A stretch of 47,496 bases of DNA from Candidatus Nomurabacteria bacterium (GCA_943354645.1 CALRCO010000001.1:1-47496), one strand, 5' to 3'. Shown: positions 1-8,879, counted from the first letter of the stretch. Made by a program: numbers and translations. The notes: generated by a model from the sequence alone, not told the origin.

Positions 1-1
1 T

Positions 2-670
2 AAAATAATACAATTAACCGCAACCTCTTGTGGCGATGGTATCGTTAATGGTCCAGAAGAATGCGATGATGGTGTCAATAATGGGAAAATCCCTGCAAGT
101 GTGTATGGTAGTTCATCAACCTACTGCGCGGGTACAGGATTAGCAAATGATATTTCTGTTGGTGCGTGCAAAACAGTAACAGTGCCAGGTGCGTATTGCG
201 GAGATAAGGTTATTGATAGTCCACCAGAGCAATGTGATGATGGTGCTGCTAATACAGATACCTGTACACCAGACGGCGCTCCGTGTAGTTATTGCGATAG
301 TATTTCATGTACAGAAAATACTATAGCAGCACCTGTTGTTACGATTTCAGATTTTATTGTTCCTGCTTGTGTTGTTTCTGGTGATGATTCAAAACCCGTA
401 GCATCGTGGATATCAAATGGAGATACCTGTGAGATTACCGGCACTGATGTGATTAGTGGTGCAGGAAGTGATACAGTCCCATTATTTTCATCGCCAAATA
501 CCGCCATTGATCCTATTTCTCCCCTTGGTATCTATAAGGTAGTATTAATATGTAAAGCAAAAAATGCATTAGATGCGTCTATGTCGGCGACGTTCGATGT
601 TGAAAAATCATGTTCTGGTGTAGGTGGTGGCACTAGCGCGCCGATTCAACCTGTGTACATTGATTCGTAA
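2..670 (+). CDS. Secreted cysteine-rich repeat protein (5' end outside window)
   Basis: Frame is open from nt 2 to the GTG at 101. Repeated CGDG-x(5-8)-E(E/Q)CDDG modules (SCGDGIVNGPEECDDG, YCGDKVIDSPPEQCDDG) resemble DUF4215/myxococcal Cys-rich repeats. TAA at 668-670. Confidence 0.6.
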   Translation, partial: KIIQLTATSCGDGIVNGPEECDDGVNNGKIPASVYGSSSTYCAGTGLANDISVGACKTVTVPGAYCGDKVIDSPPEQCDDGAANTDTCTPDGAPCSYCDSISCTENTIAAPVVTISDFIVPACVVSGDDSKPVASWISNGDTCEITGTDVISGAGSDTVPLFSSPNTAIDPISPLGIYKVVLICKAKNALDASMSATFDVEKSCSGVGGGTSAPIQPVYIDS

Positions 671-693
671 AATTAAAATTTATAAGTTTAGGG

Positions 694-699
694 TATAAT
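694..699 (+). promoter_or_regulatory. -10 box TATAAT, 6 nt upstream of ATG 706 (leaderless-type)
   Basis: Sequence and spacing only. No clear -35. Confidence 0.45.
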
Positions 700-705
700 A
701 AAAAT

Positions 706-1053
706 ATGAAAAATGGTAAAGCAATTATATTAGGAATACTTGTCGCTATCGGTGCGACCGTGGCGAGTGCAAACTGGACAGCACCAACCGCAAGTCCTCC
801 AGGAGGAAATGCGTATCCACCGCTCAATACATCGAGCGTGAATCAAGCAAAACAAGGAGGCCTTGGCGTTGGTACCTTCCTTGCGACAGATATTGCATAC
901 TTTTTGGGAGATGTTTCATTTGGATGTGATGTATTAAATTGTGGGACAGCATATACTCCTGATGTCTATATTCAAGAACTAAAAGATGGGAGCGCTAATA
1001 TTGTGCCTGTGTGTGTGGATGGTGCAACAGGTAAACTTGTTATTTGTCAGTAA
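706..1053 (+). CDS. Small secreted protein, paralog 1 of 2
   Basis: Sec-type signal (ILGILVAIGATVASA/NW). Shares W-x-AP..NAYPPLNT..Q.K.GGLGVGTFLA core and C-terminal KDG..CVD..GKL with the next ORF. Confidence 0.6.
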   Translation: MKNGKAIILGILVAIGATVASANWTAPTASPPGGNAYPPLNTSSVNQAKQGGLGVGTFLATDIAYFLGDVSFGCDVLNCGTAYTPDVYIQELKDGSANIVPVCVDGATGKLVICQ

Positions 1054-1077
1054 GGACACTCAACGCATAGTAAATAC

Positions 1078-1518
1078 ATGCAAAAAATTTTCATACAAAA
1101 CATAAAAGCACTTATCCTTTTTCTTATCATTATGATCGGGGTGCAATTTGCGGGTGCTGCATGGGTTAATGCGCCAGGAAGTGTTGCAAATGATGCGTAC
1201 ATGCCATTGCACACGGGCACTGAAAATCAAATTAAAGCAGAAGGGAACACATATGGCGGTCTCGGTGTCGGTACTTTTTTTGCAAATTTAAAGAGTGAAT
1301 TTCATGCGGATGTGCATATTGGGGGGACGCTCGGCGCGAGTACGTTTGCCCCAAAAGTGTATTTGGTTAAATTTAAAGACGGTGGAGGTCAAAAATATCT
1401 TTGCGTTGACCGCAGTGATGGAAAGTTGATGGTGAGCGAGGTGAGTGATTGTGCTGATCTTGCAGGAGCAAATCTCCGAGGAGGAACACCATCGTTACAG
1501 CCTGCAGGACGAAATTAA
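1078..1518 (+). CDS. Small secreted protein, paralog 2 of 2
   Basis: Signal (LILFLIIMIGVQFAGA/AW). AYMPLHTG..Q.K..GGLGVGTFFA and KDGGGQKYLCVDRSDGKL match the 706-1053 product. Strong terminator follows. Confidence 0.6.
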   Translation: MQKIFIQNIKALILFLIIMIGVQFAGAAWVNAPGSVANDAYMPLHTGTENQIKAEGNTYGGLGVGTFFANLKSEFHADVHIGGTLGASTFAPKVYLVKFKDGGGQKYLCVDRSDGKLMVSEVSDCADLAGANLRGGTPSLQPAGRN

Positions 1519-1528
1519 TTTTTTATAG

Positions 1529-1568
1529 ATACACGCGCATACACATGTGCGTGTATTTTTTCTTTTTT
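1529..1568 (+). terminator. Intrinsic terminator after the second small paralog
   Basis: About 12-bp stem ATACACGCGCAT/ATGTGCGTGTAT followed by TTTTTCTTTTTT. Confidence 0.8.
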
Positions 1569-1584
1569 AAAAACAAATATGCGC

Positions 1585-1590
1585 TATACT
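1585..1590 (+). promoter_or_regulatory. -10 box TATACT, 7 nt upstream of the pilB ATG (leaderless-type)
   Basis: Follows terminator 1529-1568. Spacing argument only. Confidence 0.45.
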
Positions 1591-1597
1591 TTAGGTA

Positions 1598-3358
1598 ATG
1601 ACTATCAATGAAGATCGTTTAAAGAAATTAATTCTTGACGCATCACTCGCAAGCACGGCAGATATTGAAACAGCAGAAGCGTACGGAAGAGAGAAAAACA
1701 TGACACTCAGTGATGCACTGCTTTCGCTTGGTAAAATGAGTGAAAGTGATTTAGCGCGATTGCACGCGTATGCATTTGGCGTACCGTTTGTGTCGCTTAT
1801 CGGAGAAAAAATTCCATTCGAGGTACTTTCAATGATTCCCGAGCCAATTGCACGTTCACAAAATATTATTGCGTATAAAAAAAATGCAACAGAACTTGAG
1901 GTTGCCATGCTTGATATTGACGATGTATCTGTGCTTGATTCCATTAAGAAAAAAGTTGCGCTCAAAATTTTGCCACGATTGACTGATACTGATTCCATCA
2001 AACAAGCACTTGCGCAGTACCGTAAAAGTTTGCAAGCAGATTTTGATGTGATTCTTAAAAAAGAAAATATAGCTGTTGATTCATTACATATTCAAAAAGA
2101 GGCAAAAGAAGGAGATGTATCTGCAAAAGAGCTCGCGGCACTTGCAGAAGATTTGCCGATTGTAAAAATTGTCGACACACTTATTTCACATGCGATTTTG
2201 GCGGGGGCATCGGACGTGCACATTGAACCGACAGAAGACGCGCTCATTGTTCGTTATCGTATCGATGGCATCTTACATGATGCGATGAGTCTTCCAAAAG
2301 AATCTGCCGCTGGCGTCGTTGCTCGTATTAAAGTGCTGTCGAATTTAAAATTGGATGAAAAACGTCTTCCGCAAGATGGACGTTTCAAAATGCATAATGA
2401 AGGACAAAGTGTTTCATTTCGTGTCTCAACACTGCCGACGTATTTCGGCGAAAAAACAGTGTTTCGTATTTTGATTGAGAACTCGAAAGGGTATACGCTC
2501 GAGAGTTTAGGATTTCATGGCGACGCACTTGAACGTATTCATCATGCAATGCGCCAAAAGACAGGGATGATTTTGGCAACAGGACCGACCGGATCCGGTA
2601 AAACGACGACGCTCTACACAATGCTTGATATGCTCAACACGCCTGAGGTTAATATTTCAACCATTGAAGATCCAATTGAATATCAAATGGCGCGCATCAA
2701 CCAATCGCAAGTAAAACCTGAAATCGGATTTAGTTTTGCAAATGGCTTGCGTACACTGCTTCGCCAAGACCCAGATATTGTCATGGTGGGAGAAATTCGT
2801 GATGAAGAAACCGCATCGCTTGCTATCAACGCATCGCTTACCGGTCACTTAGTGCTTTCGACAATTCACACCAACTCTGCAGCCGGAGCAGTGCCTCGCA
2901 TGACGGATATGGGAAGTGAACCATTTCTTATTATTTCAACGGTGAAAACCGTGATCGGCCAGCGTCTCGTGCGCAGACTTTCGGATAGTAAAGAAAAAAG
3001 TGTGATGACTCGTACAGAGATAGACGCGCTTGGTAAAATTATTGATCTTGCGCGCATGCTTGAGCTACTAAAAAAAGAAAATGTTATTGGACCCACAGCG
3101 ACATGGGAAAATTTGCCCATCTATCGCCCGGTACAGAGTGAAGAAGCTCCAGACGGATACAAAGGCCGTGTCGGTATCCATGAAGTGATGACGGTGACAA
3201 CCACACTCAAAGAAATGATTCTAAAAGGTGCATCAGAAGATGCGATCCAAGAACAAGCTAAAAAAGAGGGCATGATGACCATGCTCGAAGATGGCATTTA
3301 CCTCGCCGTCCAAGGCGAAACGACGATTGAAGAAGTATTGCGTGTGGTGTCGGAATAA
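1598..3358 (+). CDS. pilB: Type IV pilus assembly ATPase (GspE/PilB family)
   Basis: Walker A GPTGSGKTTT, Asp box/Walker B DPDIVMVGEIRD, His box LTGHLVLSTIHTN, N-terminal GspII_E-like domain. Confidence 0.9.
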   Translation: MTINEDRLKKLILDASLASTADIETAEAYGREKNMTLSDALLSLGKMSESDLARLHAYAFGVPFVSLIGEKIPFEVLSMIPEPIARSQNIIAYKKNATELEVAMLDIDDVSVLDSIKKKVALKILPRLTDTDSIKQALAQYRKSLQADFDVILKKENIAVDSLHIQKEAKEGDVSAKELAALAEDLPIVKIVDTLISHAILAGASDVHIEPTEDALIVRYRIDGILHDAMSLPKESAAGVVARIKVLSNLKLDEKRLPQDGRFKMHNEGQSVSFRVSTLPTYFGEKTVFRILIENSKGYTLESLGFHGDALERIHHAMRQKTGMILATGPTGSGKTTTLYTMLDMLNTPEVNISTIEDPIEYQMARINQSQVKPEIGFSFANGLRTLLRQDPDIVMVGEIRDEETASLAINASLTGHLVLSTIHTNSAAGAVPRMTDMGSEPFLIISTVKTVIGQRLVRRLSDSKEKSVMTRTEIDALGKIIDLARMLELLKKENVIGPTATWENLPIYRPVQSEEAPDGYKGRVGIHEVMTVTTTLKEMILKGASEDAIQEQAKKEGMMTMLEDGIYLAVQGETTIEEVLRVVSE

Positions 3359-3361
3359 TAC

Positions 3362-4573
3362 ATGAAATTCACTATTATCTCACAAACAAAGACAGGCGAA
3401 CGGAAACAAGCAGTCATTGATGCGCCCGATAAATTTGCTGCAGCAAAAATAGTGCGCGACCTCGGAGAATTTCCAATTAGTGCAACACCATGGAAACCCG
3501 CGCAACAATTTTCTGATGTCTTTGCGCATTTCTTTAGTCGAATTACGCTCCATGAAAAAATTCTTTTTACGCGTAATCTCTCAGGAATGCTTTCTGCTGG
3601 TTTGTCTTTGTATCGGGCGCTCGACGTGCTTAAGAAACAATCAGCAAATCAAAAACTCTCCAGTGTCCTTGAAGCACTCATGAAAACAATTGATTCTGGT
3701 GGTTCACTTTCTGCAGCAATGGAAAAATTTCCAAAAGTATTTTCGACTATCTTTATCGCCATGGTGAAAGCTGGCGAAGAATCGGGGAGTTTGGCGAAAT
3801 CACTTAAAGAAATCGGTGTCCATCTTGAAAAAGAGTATACACTTATTAAAAAAATTAAGGGAGCAATGACGTACCCGATGATTATTGTCGCGGCGGTTTT
3901 TTTAATCGGTATTCTCATGTTTATTTTTGTGGTGCCAACACTCGTCAACACCTTTGCAGAGCTTGATGCTGAATTGCCTTCGTCAACAAAAATCGTGATT
4001 TTTATTTCAAATGCACTTTCAAAGCACACGTTATTATTTTTTGGCATATTATTTTCTACCGGTATCAGCTTGTATTTTCTTTCGAAATTGCGGTCTGTTA
4101 AATATGGATTTGAATACTGCCTCTTACGTATACCTGTTATTGGGCTTATCACCAAAGAGGTAAATGCCGCTCGCACCACACGGACACTTGCGTCACTTCT
4201 TGCTGCGGGGGTGAGCGTGACACGGGCAATATTGATTACGAGAGACGTCATTCAAAATCACTTTTATAAAGAAGTGCTTGCAACGGTGGCAAACAACGTT
4301 GAAAAAGGGGTGCCTATTTCAAAAGCGATCAAAGAAAATATACAGTTGTATCCCGTGATGGTCGGGGAAATGATCGAGGTGGGTGAGGAAACAGGAAATT
4401 TATCAGTAATGCTTTCTGATATTGCGTCGTTTTATGAGGATGAAGTTGATTTAAAAACAAAAGATTTAACCACCATCATCGAACCGATTCTCATGATATT
4501 GATCGGTGCAGCGGTTGGATTTTTTGCAATTTCGATGATTACGCCGATGTATTCTCTCGTTAACGCGATTTAG
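3362..4573 (+). CDS. pilC: Type IV pilus platform protein (GspF/PilC family)
   Basis: Two T2SSF repeats with MVKAGEESGSL and MIEVGEETGNL motifs, three hydrophobic segments. Starts 4 nt after pilB. Confidence 0.9.
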   Translation: MKFTIISQTKTGERKQAVIDAPDKFAAAKIVRDLGEFPISATPWKPAQQFSDVFAHFFSRITLHEKILFTRNLSGMLSAGLSLYRALDVLKKQSANQKLSSVLEALMKTIDSGGSLSAAMEKFPKVFSTIFIAMVKAGEESGSLAKSLKEIGVHLEKEYTLIKKIKGAMTYPMIIVAAVFLIGILMFIFVVPTLVNTFAELDAELPSSTKIVIFISNALSKHTLLFFGILFSTGISLYFLSKLRSVKYGFEYCLLRIPVIGLITKEVNAARTTRTLASLLAAGVSVTRAILITRDVIQNHFYKEVLATVANNVEKGVPISKAIKENIQLYPVMVGEMIEVGEETGNLSVMLSDIASFYEDEVDLKTKDLTTIIEPILMILIGAAVGFFAISMITPMYSLVNAI

Positions 4574-4592
4574 TAAGTAGAAAGACAAAAAA

Positions 4593-5186
4593 ATGGATAC
4601 AGAAACAAATAAAAATAAAAGATATACTACAGGGTTTACCCCCACACCAATTCGATCAAGTCATCTTTTCGTATCCTGGCACTCTTTGTTTTCACAAAAA
4701 AAAGGTAAAGAAAAATCTTTTCGGGTAAAATTGGTGTGGGGGTTTACCTTTATTGAAATACTTATTTCAATTGCCATCCTTGCTATTATTGCCATGGCAA
4801 TAATTGGCCCATTTGCATCATTTCGAAACGCACAGGCAATTAAAAATACAAGTGAAAGTGTGGTCGCACTCCTTAATCAAGCGCGAGTTAAAACTCTTGC
4901 ATCAGAAAATCTTTTGCAATACGGCGTGCATGTACAGACCGATAAAGCGATTCTTTTTTCTGGGTCATCATATAGTGGCGGTACGTCAATTTCAGAAATT
5001 GTGGTGAGTGATAGCAATATTACACTTACCAATATCTCACTTTTAGGCGGGGGGAGTGATGTGGTGTTTAATCGGCTGACAGGCGTTACCGATAATTATG
5101 GTACGCTTAAGGTGATACATGCAAATGCAAATGTGCCACAAAAAACAATTACCATTTCAAAGACAGGGACAGTGAGTAGTGATTGA
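4593..5186 (+). CDS. Prepilin-type N-terminal cleavage/methylation domain protein (start uncertain)
   Basis: Class III signal KLVWG/FTFIEILISIAILAIIAMAI with Glu at +5. The ATG at 4593 gives an atypically long 49-aa leader. In-frame TTG 4731 and GTG 4734 are alternatives. Confidence 0.75.
   Translation: MDTETNKNKRYTTGFTPTPIRSSHLFVSWHSLFSQKKGKEKSFRVKLVWGFTFIEILISIAILAIIAMAIIGPFASFRNAQAIKNTSESVVALLNQARVKTLASENLLQYGVHVQTDKAILFSGSSYSGGTSISEIVVSDSNITLTNISLLGGGSDVVFNRLTGVTDNYGTLKVIHANANVPQKTITISKTGTVSSD
4638..4743 (+). repeat. 15-bp perfect inverted repeat (ACCCCCACACCAATT / AATTGGTGTGGGGGT) flanked by direct GGGTTTACC copies, in the prepilin leader region
   Basis: Arms at 4638-4652 and 4729-4743. 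GGGTTTACC at 4632-4640 and 4740-4748 (both encode G-F-T). Confidence 0.85.
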
Positions 5187-5232
5187 TTTAGTAAATAGGT
5201 AGTAGTAAATAGTAAGTAGAAAACACAGAGCG
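5171..5232 (+). repeat. Family A stop-rich word array (AGTGAGTAG, AAATAGGTAGTAG, AAATAGTAAGTAG) + AAAACACA box
   Basis: Read directly. Starts in the last codons (..VSSD*) of the pseudopilin and ends at the ATG of the next gene. Confidence 0.8.
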
Positions 5233-5727
5233 ATGAACAAAAAACAGCAAAACAAAAACAAAATAAACCGCAAACGAGGGTCCGTGCTTGTAGAAGTGCT
5301 CATTGCTGCCTTTATTATATTGATCACCTTTCTTATCCTTACGGCGACATTGCAAAAATCAGTACAGTTAGCACAAGCATCTCTTGCGCGACAACAGGCG
5401 AATTTGCTCATTGAAGAAGGAGCAGAAGCAGTAAAACTTATTCGTGATACAAGTTGGGCGTCTATAACTGCAGTGCCTACAAATACAACAGAATACCTTG
5501 CATTTAGTGGCGGGACATGGGCAGTTACTAGCACACCAACAACGATTGATGGATTTACTCGAACAATTACTATTGCTGATGTGATGCGTAGTGCCACAGA
5601 TGATATCGCTGGAAGTGGTACCCTTGATACGGGGACTAAAAAAGTTACCGTAACGGTATCGTGGCTGCTAAAAGGAACGACGCAAAACGAAAGTCTTATT
5701 TTTTATGTAGCAGATATTGCGAGCTAG
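5233..5727 (+). CDS. Prepilin-type (pseudopilin/minor pilin) protein
   Basis: NRKRG/SVLVEVLIAAFIILITFLIL with Glu at +5, followed by a small beta-rich body. Confidence 0.7.
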   Translation: MNKKQQNKNKINRKRGSVLVEVLIAAFIILITFLILTATLQKSVQLAQASLARQQANLLIEEGAEAVKLIRDTSWASITAVPTNTTEYLAFSGGTWAVTSTPTTIDGFTRTITIADVMRSATDDIAGSGTLDTGTKKVTVTVSWLLKGTTQNESLIFYVADIAS

Positions 5728-5734
5728 TAATTAT

Positions 5735-6256
5735 ATGCATCATTTTTTTTCAACAAAACAACAGCGAGGGTATAGTGTCATTGAACTTATTATTTATTTG
5801 GCATTATTTGCATTGCTTTCAATCGCTATTATCAATGCGCTCATTATCGCAATGAAATCATTTGCTGAAGTAAAAACAATGCGTGCCCTTGCATCAACCG
5901 CATCGCTTACCATGGAGCGTATGTCACGTGAAATACGAGGTGCGCAAAGTATTGATACTGCAGGGAGTACATTTACGACAAGTCCTGGGGTGTTATCACT
6001 CAACACTCTTGATGGATCTGGTGCTGCGCGAGTAGTGGTATTTGATGTAGTGAATGGGGCGCTTCGTTTAAAGGAAAATGGTGTTGTAACGGGGACACTC
6101 ACTGATGCACATGAATCCATCAGTAGTCTTATCTTTAGAAAAATAACTACCCCTGTTGGCACTGCGGTAAAAATTGAAATGACTATTACTAATGCGAGCG
6201 GTATTGTTATTACCAGAAATTTTTATGATACCGTGGTAGTGAGAGGAGAGTATTAA
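5735..6256 (+). CDS. Prepilin-type (pseudopilin/minor pilin) protein
   Basis: MHHFFSTKQQRG/YSVIELIIYLALFALL with Glu at +5. ATG 5735 is preferred over the upstream TTG 5717, which overlaps the previous gene. Confidence 0.7.
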   Translation: MHHFFSTKQQRGYSVIELIIYLALFALLSIAIINALIIAMKSFAEVKTMRALASTASLTMERMSREIRGAQSIDTAGSTFTTSPGVLSLNTLDGSGAARVVVFDVVNGALRLKENGVVTGTLTDAHESISSLIFRKITTPVGTAVKIEMTITNASGIVITRNFYDTVVVRGEY

Positions 6257-6286
6257 AACAGTAAGTAGTGAGTAATAAAAAATAAC
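6257..6286 (+). repeat. Family A word array, short form (CAGTAAGTAGTGAGTAATAA)
   Basis: Read directly between the third pseudopilin and the PilX-like gene. Confidence 0.7.
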
Positions 6287-8056
6287 ATGCAAAAAATACA
6301 AACAAAAAAAATAAATATGCAAAGCGGGTTTGTGATGTTACTCGCCGTCATATTTTTTGTTTCTATTTCAGCTGCGGTTGGTATCGGACTTGTTGCTCCT
6401 GTGGTAAAGGAATACAGAAATACTGGCGATGCAGTGCTTTCAAAAAAGAGTTATTTCTTGGCAGAATCAGGAGTTGAAGATGCTGTCTATCGTATTAAAC
6501 ACAATAAACAAATAGACTCAAGTGAGACAATTACGACCACAGATGGTCAAGCAACAACATCAATTGCTGCGGTTGGAAGTAATCAAAAACAAGTGGTAGC
6601 ACTTGGCGATAGTGATGAGAAAAATCGCAGAGTCACCGCAACCCTTTCAACAGGGGCGGGTGTTGTCTTTAAGTATGGGACACAAGGAGGTGAAGCAGGA
6701 GTTGAATTTAAAAATAACGCAGGACTGTACGGCAGTTTGTATACGAACGGGAGTATTATTGGGGCAAACAATGCTTTTATAACGGGTGATGTATTTGTTG
6801 CGAATACTCCTGCTATTGCCGCTGACCAAACAAACGACACACCATCAACACCAACAAATAGTATTGTCTTTGGTAATGCAAATAGCACCCAAGATGTCGC
6901 ACAGAGTTTTCAATTAAGCACCACAGGATTGGTAAATAAAGTTGATCTTTATATTAAAAAAACAAGTACACCAAGTAATGCAACGGTGCGTATTGTTACG
7001 AATAACGCTGGTTCTCCAAGTACGACAACTGTTGCGAGTGGCACATTAAACGCAACTTTGGTGACAACGAGCTACGGATGGATATCGGTGCCGTTTACGT
7101 CAAACCCACAATTACTTTCCGGCACGACGTATTGGCTTGTTATCGATGCAGCAACAAGCGCAACAAAATATTACACGCTTGGTGCAAATACTGCGTACAC
7201 AAATGGGCAAGCAAAAATTGGCGCGTATAGCGGCACATGGAACAACACAACACCATCAGGACTCGATGGGTATTTCAAATTATATTTAGGGGGGATTAAT
7301 TCATATATCGACAACATGGATATTGGTACCGGTGGTACAGGTGCTGCGCATGCGCATACCATAACCAATTCAACCGCAACGGGAAATTTATATTGTCAGA
7401 CCGGTAGTAGTAATAATAAATCATGCGATACATCGCAAGCAGATCCAACACCAGAAAGCTTGCCGGTATCTGATGCAAATATTGCAGAATGGAAAGATGA
7501 TGCGCTCGCGGGAGGTGTAACAAATGGTGATGTGACAGTATCAGGAACATCAACACTTGGACCAAAGAAAATTGTCGGGAATTTAACCGTATCAGGAACA
7601 CTTACTCTTTCTAATACGCTTTGGGTTACGGGTAATGTTACCGTAAGTGGTAACGGTATTATAAAATTGGATAGCACATATGGTACGACGAGCGGTCTGA
7701 TTATTGCTGATGGCTATATTTCGCTTGGTAACAATGTGGTATTCCAAGATTCAGGTACCGCTGGTAGTTATATTATGCTTCTTTCGACAAGTACCTGTGA
7801 CGCGGACACGGCAGGTAATCCGTGTGGAGCACTTGATGCTATTTCAGTGAATAACAACTCTGATATCGTGATTGCGAACGCTCAAAAAGGGACGGTCAGC
7901 TTTAGCAATAATGCCTCCGTGAAAGAAGTGGTGGGTAATAAGATAAAATTACAGAATAATGCGACAGTGACTTATGGCTCAGGTCTTATCAATGTCAATT
8001 TTACTAGTGGGCCTTCCGGCGGGTGGACACTGTCGGGGTGGAAAGAAACAGAATAA
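6287..8056 (+). CDS. Large pilus-associated protein with PilX_N-like hydrophobic N-terminus
   Basis: N-terminus MQSGFVMLLAVIFFVSISAAVGIG. T/S/N/G-rich body with beta-helix-like repeats (GNLTVSGTLTLSNTLWVTGNVTVSG). Last gene of the pilus operon, followed by a strong terminator. Confidence 0.55.
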   Translation: MQKIQTKKINMQSGFVMLLAVIFFVSISAAVGIGLVAPVVKEYRNTGDAVLSKKSYFLAESGVEDAVYRIKHNKQIDSSETITTTDGQATTSIAAVGSNQKQVVALGDSDEKNRRVTATLSTGAGVVFKYGTQGGEAGVEFKNNAGLYGSLYTNGSIIGANNAFITGDVFVANTPAIAADQTNDTPSTPTNSIVFGNANSTQDVAQSFQLSTTGLVNKVDLYIKKTSTPSNATVRIVTNNAGSPSTTTVASGTLNATLVTTSYGWISVPFTSNPQLLSGTTYWLVIDAATSATKYYTLGANTAYTNGQAKIGAYSGTWNNTTPSGLDGYFKLYLGGINSYIDNMDIGTGGTGAAHAHTITNSTATGNLYCQTGSSNNKSCDTSQADPTPESLPVSDANIAEWKDDALAGGVTNGDVTVSGTSTLGPKKIVGNLTVSGTLTLSNTLWVTGNVTVSGNGIIKLDSTYGTTSGLIIADGYISLGNNVVFQDSGTAGSYIMLLSTSTCDADTAGNPCGALDAISVNNNSDIVIANAQKGTVSFSNNASVKEVVGNKIKLQNNATVTYGSGLINVNFTSGPSGGWTLSGWKETE

Positions 8057-8057
8057 T

Positions 8058-8095
8058 AACTTAAAAACAACCCTTTAATGGGTTGTTTTTAAGTT
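8058..8095 (+). terminator. Intrinsic terminator ending the pilus operon
   Basis: AACTTAAAAACAACCC-TTTAAT-GGGTTGTTTTTAAGTT. Confidence 0.8.
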
Positions 8096-8115
8096 ACCAG
8101 GTAGGTTTTTTGATG

Positions 8116-8124
8116 TGGTATAAT
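8116..8124 (+). promoter_or_regulatory. Extended -10 TGGTATAAT, 7 nt upstream of the tpiA ATG
   Basis: TGn + TATAAT, directly after the pilus-operon terminator. Confidence 0.6.
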
Positions 8125-8131
8125 ATCCCGT

Positions 8132-8878
8132 ATGACTAGCAAAAAAATCATCGTTGCAAACTGGAAAATGAACCCGCTTACCGGCAAAGAAGCGGTTGCG
8201 CTCTTTAAAAAGGTAAAATCACTTGCGGGTAAAAATAAAAATACCGTTATTGTTGCTCCGCCAATGCTTTATTTAGAGGCTATTAAGCGTATGGGTCTTG
8301 GTAAAGTTAAACTTGCGTCGCAAGGTGGGGTAATTGGTGATACTGGTGCCCAAACAGGCATGGTGTCACTCGCTATGGTGAAGAAAGTTGGCGCGTCCCA
8401 TGCAATTCTTGGACATTCTGAAATGCGCGCACGAGGAACGACAGATCAAGAAGTTGCTGAGCAGGTAAAAGACTGTATTACAAAAAATGTCACCCCAATA
8501 CTTTGTGTTGGTGAAAAAGAGCGCGAAGGTGACATGTGGTATTTACATGCAGTGAAATCGCAAATTGAACTTGCGCTTACTGGTATGCAAAAAGCAAAAA
8601 TAGCGAATGTAATTATTGCGTATGAACCTATTTGGGCAATCGGGAAGAATGCTAAGCGCGAAGCGACAGTAAAAGAATGCGAAGAAATGGCAATTTATAT
8701 AAAAAAAGTATTAGCAGATATGTTTGGTCATAAAGAATCAAAAAAAGTGTCTATCTTGTACGGTGGTTCCGTTGATGAAAAAAATGCGCATGTATTTCTT
8801 GAACAGGGTGGAGTAGATGGACTGTTGGTAGGACGAGCAAGTTTGAACTCGAAACAATTTTCAGCAATCATAAATTAA
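8132..8878 (+). CDS. tpiA: Triosephosphate isomerase
   Basis: VANWKMN, GHSEMR, AYEPIWAIG, GGSV motifs. Confidence 0.93.
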   Translation: MTSKKIIVANWKMNPLTGKEAVALFKKVKSLAGKNKNTVIVAPPMLYLEAIKRMGLGKVKLASQGGVIGDTGAQTGMVSLAMVKKVGASHAILGHSEMRARGTTDQEVAEQVKDCITKNVTPILCVGEKEREGDMWYLHAVKSQIELALTGMQKAKIANVIIAYEPIWAIGKNAKREATVKECEEMAIYIKKVLADMFGHKESKKVSILYGGSVDEKNAHVFLEQGGVDGLLVGRASLNSKQFSAIIN

Positions 8879-8879
8879 C

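Noticed and set aside
4653-4728. 76-bp segment between the 15-bp inverted repeats as a phase-variable invertible switch.
   Set aside because: No invertase or recombinase is in the window, the segment is much shorter than the invertible promoters I know, and I see no promoter inside it. Retained only as a low-probability alternative in the corresponding finding.
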